A stretch of DNA of 64,000 nucleotides from Planctomycetota bacterium (GTDB taxonomy: Bacteria; Planctomycetota; MHYJ01; WSZJ01), in contig JBBTCT010000009.1 of the NCBI GenBank assembly GCA_038060895.1, forward strand, positions 336,082 through 400,081, given 5' to 3'. The translations under genes were made by a program, and so were the position numbers. Below are positions 28,374-37,861 of this stretch, in pieces. Within the stretch, counting starts at the first letter, position 1. Every line of letters begins with the position of its first letter. Under the pieces are notes generated by a model. The model saw nothing but the letters and a program-made list of their open reading frames with translations. It ran no database searches and was not told the DNA's origin.

Positions 28374-29363
28374 ATGACACAACTCGTCAAGGTCGGCATC
28401 GCTGGAACCGGGTCGTACGTCCCGGAGAAGGTGATGACCAACAACGACTACGCGAAGTTCCTCGATACGTCCGACGAATGGATTCGCGAACGCACAGGAA
28501 TCCGCGAGCGGCGCTTCGCTCCCGAAGGGATGGCGACGTCCCACATGGCGGAAGCCGCGGCGAAGAAGGCGATGGAGTCCGCGAACGTGGCGCCCGAGGA
28601 CATCGACCTGATCATTTGCGGGACGGTGACGCCGGACAACATGTTCCCGTCCACGGCGTGCCACCTGCAGCACCGTCTGGGTTGCGTGAAGGCTGCGGCG
28701 TTCGACCTGTCGGCCGCTTGCACCGGATTCATCTACAGCCTTGCGGTCGGCTGGAACATGGTGCGCACGGGCGCGATGAAAAACGTGCTCGTCATCGGCG
28801 CTGAAAAGCTCTCGATGCTGCTGAACATGCAGGACCGAACCAGCTGCATCCTCTTCGGCGACGGCTCGGGCGCGGCGGTCGTGCGCCCCTCCGACAACGC
28901 CAGCGAGATTCTCTTCTCGAGCCTCCACTCCCTCGGCGGCACCGAGGACATCATGAGCCTGCCGGCTGGCGGAAGCGCGATGCCCGCTTCGCATGCCAGC
29001 GTGGACGGTAAGTACCACTACCTGCGGATCAAGGGTCGCGAGGTGTTCAAGTTCGCAGTGACGAAGATGGTGGAGCAGGTGGAGATGTGTGCGGAGAAGT
29101 GCGGGGTGCCGGTGTCGAAGATTGCGACGATCATCCCGCACCAGGTGAACCTGCGCATCCTGGAGTACGCCAGCGAGAAGCTGAACTACCCGCTGGACCG
29201 GATGATGATCAACATCGACAAGTACGGCAACACGAGCGCGGCGAGCGTGCCGATCGCGTTGGACGAGGCTGTGCGGTCGGGGCGTGTGAAGCGAGGGGAC
29301 CTGGTGGTGATGGTGGCGTTCGGGGCCGGGCTGACGTGGGGGAGCGTTGCGGTGAGGTACTGA
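28374..29363 (+). CDS. fabH: 3-oxoacyl-ACP synthase III
   Basis: Cys-His-Asn triad: SAACTGF, PHQVN, GNTSAAS. Confidence 0.96.
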   Translation: MTQLVKVGIAGTGSYVPEKVMTNNDYAKFLDTSDEWIRERTGIRERRFAPEGMATSHMAEAAAKKAMESANVAPEDIDLIICGTVTPDNMFPSTACHLQHRLGCVKAAAFDLSAACTGFIYSLAVGWNMVRTGAMKNVLVIGAEKLSMLLNMQDRTSCILFGDGSGAAVVRPSDNASEILFSSLHSLGGTEDIMSLPAGGSAMPASHASVDGKYHYLRIKGREVFKFAVTKMVEQVEMCAEKCGVPVSKIATIIPHQVNLRILEYASEKLNYPLDRMMINIDKYGNTSAASVPIALDEAVRSGRVKRGDLVVMVAFGAGLTWGSVAVRY

Positions 29364-29446
29364 TCAAGACCGGAGATTGGAGTCGGGAGTTTTGATTAAT
29401 CGGCCGCCTGCGGGGCGGCCGCAATTGTTTTCAGGAGAGGCGAGCA

Positions 29447-30373
29447 ATGAAGACCGCGGTGCTGTTCCCCGGGCAGGGCGCGCAGGGCATTGGCATGGGA
29501 AAAGATCTGTTCGAGAAGTCTGCCGCGGCGAGACGGACGTTCGAGGAAGCGAACGCGATTCTCGGGATCGACCTTGCGAAGATCTGCTTCGAGGGGCCCG
29601 AGGAGACCCTGAACCGGACCGACACCTGCCAGCCTGCGATTCTCGTGCACTCGATCGCGGCGATCCGCGCCCTGGAAGAGAAGGGCGCGGCCCTGAAGGC
29701 GGACGTCGCGGCAGGGCTTTCGCTGGGCGAATATACCGCCCACGTTTTCGCCGGATCGATCGCGTTCGCCGACGCGGTCAGGCTGGTCAGGAAGCGCGGC
29801 GAAGCGATGCAGGCGGCGTGCGAGGCGAAGGCGAGCACGATGGCGACGGTGCTCGGGCTCGATCTCGGGAAACTGCGCGAGGCGGTCGCGGAGGCCGCTT
29901 CCAGGGGAATCGTCGTGGTGGCGAACATCCTCGGTCCCGGGCAGGCGGCGATCAGCGGGGAGACCGGTGCGGTAGAGGCGGCGGGCGAAGCGGCGAAGAA
30001 GATGGGAGCGAAGCGGGTCGTGATGCTGAAAGTCGCGGGAGCGTTCCATTCGCCCCTGATGGCGCCGGCGGTGGAAGCGCTGAAGGCGGCGCTCGCGAAC
30101 GCAGAAATAAAAACATCGGTCATCCCGGTCGTCAGCAACGTGACTGCGGCGCCCGTCTACGAGCCCGGGAAGATCCGCGAACTCCTCGGCCGCCAGGTCG
30201 GGGAGCCCGTCCTCTGGGAGGAATCCAACCGCCGCATGGGCGCGGACGGCGTGAAGCGCTTCGTTGAGGCCGGCCCCGGGAAGGTGCTGACGGGCCTGGC
30301 GCGCAAGATCGTTGACGGCAGCGAAACGGTGAACGTCGAGGGCTGGGCGAATGTCGAGGCCTGGACGGGCTAA
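29447..30373 (+). CDS. fabD: Malonyl-CoA:ACP transacylase
   Basis: LFPGQGAQ, AGLSLGEY, VAGAFHS, EAGPGKVL. Confidence 0.96.
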   Translation: MKTAVLFPGQGAQGIGMGKDLFEKSAAARRTFEEANAILGIDLAKICFEGPEETLNRTDTCQPAILVHSIAAIRALEEKGAALKADVAAGLSLGEYTAHVFAGSIAFADAVRLVRKRGEAMQAACEAKASTMATVLGLDLGKLREAVAEAASRGIVVVANILGPGQAAISGETGAVEAAGEAAKKMGAKRVVMLKVAGAFHSPLMAPAVEALKAALANAEIKTSVIPVVSNVTAAPVYEPGKIRELLGRQVGEPVLWEESNRRMGADGVKRFVEAGPGKVLTGLARKIVDGSETVNVEGWANVEAWTG

Positions 30374-31389
30374 ATCGTCCCGTTCGCGATCGCCCCCCGG
30401 ATCCACGGGATCACCTCGTCCAGCATCGTCTCGAGCGGCGTCGCCGCCTCGAAACCCAGCAGCCGCTTCGCCTTCCCGACGTCCGGCGACCGCAACGCAA
30501 CGTCGTGTTCGAACGGGGCGTCGCTGACGGACCGGAACGGCTTGTCACCATGGACCTTCTTCCAGATTGCCCGGGCCAGCTCCAGGACCGTGGTCGATCG
30601 TTCCGTGGAGATGTTGAAATCCTCGTTCAGCGCCGCGGGATGTTCCATGCACGCTCGAATGCCCTTCGCCAGATCGCCCCCGTACGTGTAGTGGCGAACC
30701 TGGGTCCCGGAGCCGAGGATGTGGAGAGGATCCTGTCCCCGGAGGACTTTCTGGACCAGGTCCGGCACGACGTGGCTCATTGCCAGCTTCAGGTTGCCGC
30801 TGGGGATTTCGCGGCCGCCGAGGGCGCGACCCTCGCCGGTGCCGACGCAATTGAAGGGACGGATGATGGTGAAGGGGAGCCCGTGCTGCGCGTGGGCGCC
30901 GCGGGCGAAGTACTCGCAGGCAAGCTTCTGGAAGCCGTAGGTGCTGGCGGGCGGGGGACACTCGCGAAGGTGCGATTCCGGCGTCGGGAATTTCGTGGCG
31001 CGCTCGAAGACCATCGAGGAACTCATTACGTTGATCTTGCGGAGCTTCCGGTTCTGGAACGCCCAGATTGCCGCGTCGAAGTGCGCTGCGGTAATTCGCT
31101 CGTTTTCGGCGAGGAGGTCATAGGCGTACTCGTGAAAGTAGGAGATGCCCCCGATGCGGGCCGCGGAAGCCACCAGCTGGTCGCAATCGGAGACCAGGTC
31201 CTTGAGGAGGTCCGCGGACTTCACGTCACCCTCGACGAGCCGATAGTTCGGGTTCCCGTCGTAGGATTTGCGGACGCGCCCGTACTTCGAGAAGTTGTCG
31301 ACTCCGACGACGGAATGCCCGGCAGCCAGCAGCTCTTCCACCAGGTAACCGTTGATGAACCCGGCGGAGCCGGTGACGAGGACTTTCAT
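30370..31389 (-). CDS. NAD-dependent nucleotide-sugar epimerase/dehydratase/decarboxylase (extended SDR)
   Basis: VLVTGSAGFING, SSSMVF, YGFQK, RPFNCVG. Confidence 0.9.
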   Translation of the reverse strand: MKVLVTGSAGFINGYLVEELLAAGHSVVGVDNFSKYGRVRKSYDGNPNYRLVEGDVKSADLLKDLVSDCDQLVASAARIGGISYFHEYAYDLLAENERITAAHFDAAIWAFQNRKLRKINVMSSSMVFERATKFPTPESHLRECPPPASTYGFQKLACEYFARGAHAQHGLPFTIIRPFNCVGTGEGRALGGREIPSGNLKLAMSHVVPDLVQKVLRGQDPLHILGSGTQVRHYTYGGDLAKGIRACMEHPAALNEDFNISTERSTTVLELARAIWKKVHGDKPFRSVSDAPFEHDVALRSPDVGKAKRLLGFEAATPLETMLDEVIPWIRGAIANGTI

Positions 31390-32582
31390 CCGCGCGGCTC
31401 CGGCGGCGCGAGGCACCCCCAGACGTCCTCGACAATTTTCCCCGCCGGGATCCGCAGCCCGCGGTACTCGCGATGGGGGACGCCGACCACGATCACGTCG
31501 CTCTTCCCGACGACGTCTTCCAGGGGAAGATACGCGGGACCCTTCAGGTAAGGATCGTGGGTCACGACCTCCCGGGCCTCGAGCATCAGCAATTTTCGCA
31601 GCTTGAAGCAGAGGGAATCGCGCGTGTCGTCGCAGTCAGCCTTGAAGGTCATGCCGAGAATCCCGACGCGCTTGTTGCCCAGGTCCGTGCGCCGCTTCAG
31701 GCAATTGACGATGAACTGAGGCTGTCCTTCGTTGACCAGCATGGCCGCGTGGCCCAGGAAGAAATTGTTATTGGCGAACGCGGCGAGCTGCATCGTGTCC
31801 TTGAGCAGGCACGGTCCCGCGGCAAGGCCTGGCCGCGGCATCGCCTCGGTGCGCGGGTAGTGCCACGTCGTTGCGCGGTGGACCTGGGCAAAATCCACGC
31901 CGGCGTCCGTCGCAAGCATGTGGAACTGGTTCGCGATCGCAAAGGTGATGTATCGGTAGCAATTGCACATCAATTTCGCCAGCTCCGCTTCCAGCGGCTT
32001 CACCTCGATCAGTTCCTTCGCGAGCTTGCCGAAAATTTCCCGCGCCACGGTCAGCCCGGTCTCATCGAAGCCGCTGACGATCTGCGGCAGGTCCCGGATT
32101 TCCCGAAGCGAGTGCCCTTGCGCGACGCGTTCGGGGCAGAACGCGACGTGCACGTCCGGCCCGCTCTCCCGGAACATCCGGTGAATCCGCTCCGAGAGGC
32201 CCGGATACACGGTCGATCGGAGGATCAGGGTCTGGCCGGCGCGGAAGTGGGGCCGGAGTTCGTCGATGACGCGGTAGAAGCCGACCACCTGCGGACTCAG
32301 GTGCTCATCGACAGGCGTCCCGATCACGCAGATGACGGCCTGTGACTCCCGCACGATCGCCGGATCCGTCGTCATCCCGAGGCGACCCGTCGGGAGCACA
32401 CGCCGCAGCATCTCTTCACCGCCCTCCTCGAGGAACGGCATCCGTCCGCCGCGAAGGGCCATGAGCGCCGCTTCGTCCCGGTCGAGGATGTCCACGGCCA
32501 TGCCGCAGTCGGCGAGCATCAGCGCCAGCGGCAGCCCGACGTGTCCGGCGCCGCCGACAATGCAGATCCGCTTCACGTCCAT
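31386..32582 (-). CDS. Nucleotide-sugar dehydrogenase (UDP-Glc/GDP-Man/UDP-ManNAc DH family)
   Basis: GGAGHVGLP, RSTVYPG, CPER, AELAKL, GPCLLKD, GMTFKA. SD GAGGAGG. Confidence 0.92.
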   Translation of the reverse strand: MDVKRICIVGGAGHVGLPLALMLADCGMAVDILDRDEAALMALRGGRMPFLEEGGEEMLRRVLPTGRLGMTTDPAIVRESQAVICVIGTPVDEHLSPQVVGFYRVIDELRPHFRAGQTLILRSTVYPGLSERIHRMFRESGPDVHVAFCPERVAQGHSLREIRDLPQIVSGFDETGLTVAREIFGKLAKELIEVKPLEAELAKLMCNCYRYITFAIANQFHMLATDAGVDFAQVHRATTWHYPRTEAMPRPGLAAGPCLLKDTMQLAAFANNNFFLGHAAMLVNEGQPQFIVNCLKRRTDLGNKRVGILGMTFKADCDDTRDSLCFKLRKLLMLEAREVVTHDPYLKGPAYLPLEDVVGKSDVIVVGVPHREYRGLRIPAGKIVEDVWGCLAPPEPRG

Positions 32583-32618
32583 GAGGCCTCCTCGTGACCG
32601 AGCATAATCGAGGGGCGA

Positions 32619-33410
32619 TCAGAACGTAATGAACCGACGGGCGAGAATCGCCGCGGTGAGCAGGGCTGCCAGGACCATGCTCCAGAGGATCAGCGGGACG
32701 GCCATGGCCAGCAGGTACCAGTAAAGGTAGCGCGGCAGCCATTTCCAGAGGCGGAAGCGGCTGCTTCCGGCGGACCGGTCCTGCCAGGAGCTTGGGACTT
32801 CATCGACTTTGAACCCCTGCCTGTGGGCGCGGGTGGTGAGCTCCAGTGCAACTTCGAAGCCGTGGCGGCTGCGGATGCGCGTGACACGGAGGAATGCGGC
32901 ACTGTACGCCCGGAAATTAGTCGTGGCGTCGTGGGTCGGCAGGCGGGCAATCCAGTACAGCGACAACCCGGCGAGTCGGGAAAGCGTCCGCTTCAGGAAA
33001 GGCCCGCCCGTCTGCGAGCCGCCCTTCATGTAGCGGGAGCCCGAGACGACGCCGGCGCCGGCGCGGATCTTCGCGGCCATGGCGGGAATCACTTCGGGCG
33101 GATCGGAAAGATCGGCCATGGAAGTCACGACGACGTCCGCGCCGGCGGCGATCGCTGCGTCGAATCCTGCCTGGATTGCGTGAGCTACGCCGGTGCCGAG
33201 GGTGTTGCGGACGAGGCGGACCGTGGGCGGAGCGTCGGGCATGGAGCGGATGGCGGGAAGCGTCGAGTCGGCGTCGAAGTCGTAGCAGACGAGAAGCAGG
33301 TGAGGGGTGGCGTGCAGGGCTGCGTGGAGGTTCCGCAGGCACGCGGCAATGTTCTCCGCTTCGTTGTAGACGGGCAGCACAACAGCCAGGAGTTGCGCCG
33401 GGTTGCTCAC
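32619..33410 (-). CDS. GT2 glycosyltransferase, polyprenol-phosphate sugar synthase (DPM1-like)
   Basis: VVLPVYNEAENI, MADLSDPP, SGSRYMKGG, DATTNFRAY, C-terminal hydrophobic helix. GTGA coupling to the upstream gene. Confidence 0.88.
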   Translation of the reverse strand: MSNPAQLLAVVLPVYNEAENIAACLRNLHAALHATPHLLLVCYDFDADSTLPAIRSMPDAPPTVRLVRNTLGTGVAHAIQAGFDAAIAAGADVVVTSMADLSDPPEVIPAMAAKIRAGAGVVSGSRYMKGGSQTGGPFLKRTLSRLAGLSLYWIARLPTHDATTNFRAYSAAFLRVTRIRSRHGFEVALELTTRAHRQGFKVDEVPSSWQDRSAGSSRFRLWKWLPRYLYWYLLAMAVPLILWSMVLAALLTAAILARRFITF

Positions 33411-35257
33411 GGCCAGGTGGTCCGTGCCGTGAACCCGAGGGAGGCGAGCTTGAGGTCGTACCCGAGCGCAACATCCTCGCGCGCGAGCCAGAGGATGAGG
33501 CGATCGCCGTTCACGCGGGTGGCGCGTGGCTTGTAGTGGCGGCGCAGGTAGTCGTTCTCGAAGTACGGCTGCGTCCAGTCGAAGTGTCGGCTCCACCAGA
33601 GCATCGACTCCACGGGCGCGAAGGGATCGAGCTTCATGTACTCGAGGACTTCGGTCGTGGTGTCCAGCCAGATGATCTCCGGGCGCTCGCGTTCCCAGAA
33701 GGCGGGGTCGAGCCGCTTGTCCCATTTGCGCCGCGGCTTGGGATGCCTGGGACCGGTCGCTACGTTGCGGTCCACGAATCCCTGCACGTCGAGCGCTGTG
33801 CCGTCGAAGAAGTAGAACGCGGAAGCAACCTCCAGGCTCGCCATCCGGGTGCCGGGCCTGTCCTGCGTGAGGCGCGAAAAGAACCGGCCCGTCAACGCGT
33901 GGTTGTTCAGCCGCGAAACCGTCATCGCTTCCAGCCCCTGCGACACCAGCCAGGTTGATCGGTCGGGTTTGCGGTGGGTCGCGAGGAGGCCGTCCCATGT
34001 TTCCTGCGTGCCGTATGGCCGGAAACCCGCCCCGATTCCGGCGAGGAGGACGATCGAGGACCCGGCGATCCACCAGCTCTTCCGGATTCCTGCCGGGAAT
34101 TCCTCCCGGCCTGCGATGGCCCGAAGCGCGGATCGAAGGCCGGGGATGCACTGGATAGCCGCGAACAGAACGGCGACGGTGAGGACAATCTGGTAACGGT
34201 TGCCGGGGAAATAGTCGCCGCCTCCCCAGAGAACCAGCGCGAAGTGCACCGTCCCCGGGGCGAGCCAGGGCAGCAGCCCGGTGAAGGCAGATTTCGCCGT
34301 GAACCAGACGCCGCCGAGAATGAGGAGCAGGAATGGCCAGAGCTCGCGCGCGTAATGGAAGACGCTGTCTCCGATCGCCGCCGCGTCAGGATACGAGCCG
34401 GCTTTCATCAGGATGCAGGTCGGCACGAAGTGGCCGTAGGTCATGCGCCAGAGGAGGAGCAGGGCCGCAACGCCGGCGAGGCTGGTCGCGTAAAACGTCG
34501 CGACCCGGCGCCACGGCCGGTCGCCGCTACGGGCCGCCTGGAACACGAGAAGCGCGCCGACGGTGACGGTATAGAAGGAGAAGTCGTATCGGCAGAAGGG
34601 AAGCAGGCCAGTAAGGAGAAACGTCCAGGGCCATCGCGAGGATCGCCAGAGGAGAATCGATGCGATGGTGATGAGCCCGAGCATCGACGCCGACCAGCCG
34701 CTTCCGGCCAGTCGCCCGAAGCACTCGAGGACGGAGGCGAGCAGAGTGGCGAGCCATGCCCAGGCGTGGCTTTGCGTGACGTCGAAAGCGTGGCGATAGA
34801 GAAGGCCGATCGCGGCGGCTCCGCAGGCGGCGCCGAGAAGAAGGGCGCCGAGAGGTGCAGGAATTCCAGCTGCGTGGAGTCCTCCGACCGCGACGTAAAA
34901 CAGCCCGTCGCCGGTGCCGTCCACGTTTCGGTCCGGGTAGAACGAGTAGCGGCCGTGCTCGGCGAGGTTCCGCGACTGTGTCAGGCTCACGAAAACCTCG
35001 TCGGGGACCTGGTGGAATGGGATCGCCATGAAAAACATCGCGAGCGCCTGGAGCATCGCACACGGCAGGACGAGAGACCGAGGAGTTCGGCGCAGCAGTC
35101 GCGGCAGGACGAGGACGGCGAGCGGGAGCAGCACGACGAGCGCGAGCACGACGTACCGAAGCGCGAGCAACAGCGCGACAAAGCCCGGGGGCAGGTAGTC
35201 GGCGCTCAGCCCGTTCATCGAGCCTGCGTGATAGAGGAACTCGCCCTGGGGCTGCAC
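33407..35257 (-). CDS. Polytopic membrane protein, probable GT-C fold glycosyltransferase
   Basis: More than 10 TM helices. First-loop motif PDEVFVSLTQSRNLAEHG...NVDGT resembles the DD-x-F-I-S...NL...G motif of AftB-like GT-C proteins. TAAGAT 7 nt before the GTG. Confidence 0.7.
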   Translation of the reverse strand: MQPQGEFLYHAGSMNGLSADYLPPGFVALLLALRYVVLALVVLLPLAVLVLPRLLRRTPRSLVLPCAMLQALAMFFMAIPFHQVPDEVFVSLTQSRNLAEHGRYSFYPDRNVDGTGDGLFYVAVGGLHAAGIPAPLGALLLGAACGAAAIGLLYRHAFDVTQSHAWAWLATLLASVLECFGRLAGSGWSASMLGLITIASILLWRSSRWPWTFLLTGLLPFCRYDFSFYTVTVGALLVFQAARSGDRPWRRVATFYATSLAGVAALLLLWRMTYGHFVPTCILMKAGSYPDAAAIGDSVFHYARELWPFLLLILGGVWFTAKSAFTGLLPWLAPGTVHFALVLWGGGDYFPGNRYQIVLTVAVLFAAIQCIPGLRSALRAIAGREEFPAGIRKSWWIAGSSIVLLAGIGAGFRPYGTQETWDGLLATHRKPDRSTWLVSQGLEAMTVSRLNNHALTGRFFSRLTQDRPGTRMASLEVASAFYFFDGTALDVQGFVDRNVATGPRHPKPRRKWDKRLDPAFWERERPEIIWLDTTTEVLEYMKLDPFAPVESMLWWSRHFDWTQPYFENDYLRRHYKPRATRVNGDRLILWLAREDVALGYDLKLASLGFTARTTWP

Positions 35258-35353
35258 GTCCCGGATCTTAAGCTGCGCTTCCGTGTTTCCCTGACAAATC
35301 TCCGGAAGCGGCCGGACCTTCTCAATCGCGCGGAATGCGATAGCGTAGCGTCC

Positions 35354-37057
35354 ATGCCGACTCTCGGTCCCGGCGTCTTCCAGACCTGGTTCGACACGCT
35401 GAAGCAGATCGAGGTCGGCGCGATTCTCTCCTTCGCTGCTGCCGGCGCTGCCGTGCCCGCCCGGCTGGCGCTTCGCCTGGCGCGCGCGTTCGCCTGTGCG
35501 CTGGGCGCCATCGCCGACCGGCCGGTGCTGGCGATCGGCCTGCCCGGGCTGCTGTCATTCGCCGGCGCAGCGCTCGCCGGGCTGCTGCTGCGCTACCCGG
35601 AGCCTGAAATCCACGACGAGTGGAGCTACCTGCTGCAGGCGGACACATTCGCGCAGGGGCGCCTCACGAACCCCCCGCACCCGATGTGGAAACACTTCGA
35701 GTCCTTCCACATCAACCAGCAGCCCACCTACCAGTCCAAGTATCCGCCTGCGCAGGGAATGTTCCTCGCGCTCGGCCAGCGCGCGACCGGCGACCCGATC
35801 GTCGGCGTCTGGCTCGCAACGGCGCTCGCCATGTCTGCGTTCGCGTGGATGTTCCGGGGCTGGCTGCCGCCGAAATGGGCCGCCTGGGGCTCCCTCATCG
35901 TGCTGCTGCGAGTGGGGATGACGAGTTACTGGGCACAGGCCTACTGGGGCGGCGCGGTCGCCGCCCTCGGAGGGGCGCTCGTCTACGGCGCGTATCCCCG
36001 GTTGCGAAGCGGCCCCCGGGTCCGCGACGCGCTCTGGCTCGCGGCCGGTCTCGTCATCCTGTCGAACTCGCGGCCCTTCGAGGGAGTCGTCGTTTCGCTT
36101 CCGGTCGCGATCGGTCTTGCCTGGCACTTTGTCCGCGGCCGCTCACTTCCCAAATCCGCGTGGCTCATCCGCGTCGCGGCGCCCGTGGCGCTCGTCCTTG
36201 CGGCCGACGCCGCCTGGATCATGACGTACAACAAGGCGGTGACCGGAAGCGCCACGACGATGCCGTACTTCGTCCACGCGAAGACATATGCGCGGATTTC
36301 GCAGTGGATTTTCGGGAAGCGGAACGAACCGCAGCCGTACCGCCATGAAGTCATGCGGCAGTACTACGAAGAGGAAGAGCTGCCGTACTACGAGCGGCAG
36401 CAGCATGCTTCGGTCCTGCTTGTCGAGATTCCGTGGAAGATCGTCCGGGCCGCTGACATTCCGTACTCGGGCCTGATGATTCTGCCGCTGGCCTTCGCCG
36501 TCGGCGTCTGGCGGCGTCGACGGACCCGGATCGCGATCGCGGGATTCAGCGCCGCACTTGCCGCGGGCTCCACGCTCACCGTGTTCCTGTCCCACTACGG
36601 AGCGCCCGCAACGGCGTGCGGTTTTCTCCTGGTCATGCAGGGCCTGCGCCACCTCAATGCCCTCAGGCTGCGAGGCCGGCCCTCCGGGCGCTTCGCGGCC
36701 CTCGGCGTCACGGTCATGGTCGCCGGCATGTGCGTCTACCTGCTCTGGCTTCACTCCGTCATCGGGATCTGGGGCCAGGCCCGCGCCCACGTGCAGCAGC
36801 AGTTCGAGCAACTCCCCGGCGACCACCTCGTCGTCGTGCGCTACGCACCGCCGCCGCTTCACCTCTGCCACATGGAGTGGGTCTACAACCGCGCCGACAT
36901 CGACGGCGCCCGCGTCGTATGGGCGCGGGACATGGGAGTTGAAGCGAACCGCGAGCTGATCGGGTATTTTCTTGCCCGGGGCCGGATAATCTGGCTCATG
37001 GAGGTCCGGGACGACGCAGAACTACCCGAGCCGAGGCCCTATCCCGGACTGAAGTAA
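35354..37057 (+). CDS. Polytopic membrane protein, probable GT-C fold glycosyltransferase
   Basis: [10 protein letters not shown] first-loop motif, SKYPP, NSRPFEG, many TM helices and a C-terminal soluble domain. Confidence 0.7.
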   Translation: MPTLGPGVFQTWFDTLKQIEVGAILSFAAAGAAVPARLALRLARAFACALGAIADRPVLAIGLPGLLSFAGAALAGLLLRYPEPEIHDEWSYLLQADTFAQGRLTNPPHPMWKHFESFHINQQPTYQSKYPPAQGMFLALGQRATGDPIVGVWLATALAMSAFAWMFRGWLPPKWAAWGSLIVLLRVGMTSYWAQAYWGGAVAALGGALVYGAYPRLRSGPRVRDALWLAAGLVILSNSRPFEGVVVSLPVAIGLAWHFVRGRSLPKSAWLIRVAAPVALVLAADAAWIMTYNKAVTGSATTMPYFVHAKTYARISQWIFGKRNEPQPYRHEVMRQYYEEEELPYYERQQHASVLLVEIPWKIVRAADIPYSGLMILPLAFAVGVWRRRRTRIAIAGFSAALAAGSTLTVFLSHYGAPATACGFLLVMQGLRHLNALRLRGRPSGRFAALGVTVMVAGMCVYLLWLHSVIGIWGQARAHVQQQFEQLPGDHLVVVRYAPPPLHLCHMEWVYNRADIDGARVVWARDMGVEANRELIGYFLARGRIIWLMEVRDDAELPEPRPYPGLK

Positions 37058-37083
37058 TCCGATCCATTCCAAAGGAGAAGCGC

Positions 37084-37827
37084 ATGCCTGTCCTTTCAGG
37101 AAAGACGGCCATCGTCACGGGAGCCTCGCGCGGAATCGGGCGCGACATCGCCCTCAAGCTCGCTGAGGAGGGAGCTGCCGTGCTCTGCGTCGCAACGAAC
37201 GAAGCGCTTCTCCGCGACACGGTCACTGCGATCGAGTCCAAAGGCGGCAAGGGGGCCCATGCGATCGCCGATGTATCCAAAGTGGCCGAGGCGGAATCGG
37301 TCATCGAGAAGATCATGAAGGACTGGGGGAAGCTCGACATCCTCGTCAACAATGCCGGCATCACGCGAGACAACCTTCTGATGCGGATGAAGGACGAAGA
37401 GTGGGACCGCGTGATCGAGGTGAATCTCAAGGGGGCGTTCAACCTGATCCGCGCCGCGACGCGCCCGATGATGAAGGCTCGCGCGGGGAAGATCGTGAAC
37501 ATCTCCAGCGTGGTCGGACTCATCGGGAACCCGGGGCAGGTGAACTACGCCGCCTCGAAGGGCGGCATGATTGCGATGACGAAGTCGGTCGCGCGCGAAC
37601 TGGGCAGCCGTGGCATCACAGCAAACACAGTCTGTCCCGGATTCATCGAGACGGAGATGACCGGAAAACTCACCGAAGACCAGAAGAAGGCGCTCTTCGC
37701 AAACATTGCGCTCGGCCGGTTCGGCAAGACATCCGACGTCGCTGGTGTCGTCGCCTTCCTCGCGAGCGCGGCGGCCGACTACATCACCGGACAGGACATC
37801 GTCGTGGATGGCGGAATGACCATGTAG
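37084..37827 (+). CDS. fabG: 3-oxoacyl-ACP reductase
   Basis: TGASRGIG, NNAGITRDNL, GNPGQVNYAASK. SD AAGGAG. Confidence 0.96.
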   Translation: MPVLSGKTAIVTGASRGIGRDIALKLAEEGAAVLCVATNEALLRDTVTAIESKGGKGAHAIADVSKVAEAESVIEKIMKDWGKLDILVNNAGITRDNLLMRMKDEEWDRVIEVNLKGAFNLIRAATRPMMKARAGKIVNISSVVGLIGNPGQVNYAASKGGMIAMTKSVARELGSRGITANTVCPGFIETEMTGKLTEDQKKALFANIALGRFGKTSDVAGVVAFLASAAADYITGQDIVVDGGMTM

Positions 37828-37861
37828 TTTCGACCGGTCTTCAAATCCTGGAGATTGCCGC

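Noticed and set aside
33974-35353. N-terminal half of the 1027-aa ORF 33974..37057
   Set aside because: Antisense to the membrane protein at 33407..35257. The plausible start is ATG 35354.
30370-37083. Glycosylation cassette as a mobile element
   Set aside because: No integrase or transposase, terminal repeats or target-site duplication visible.
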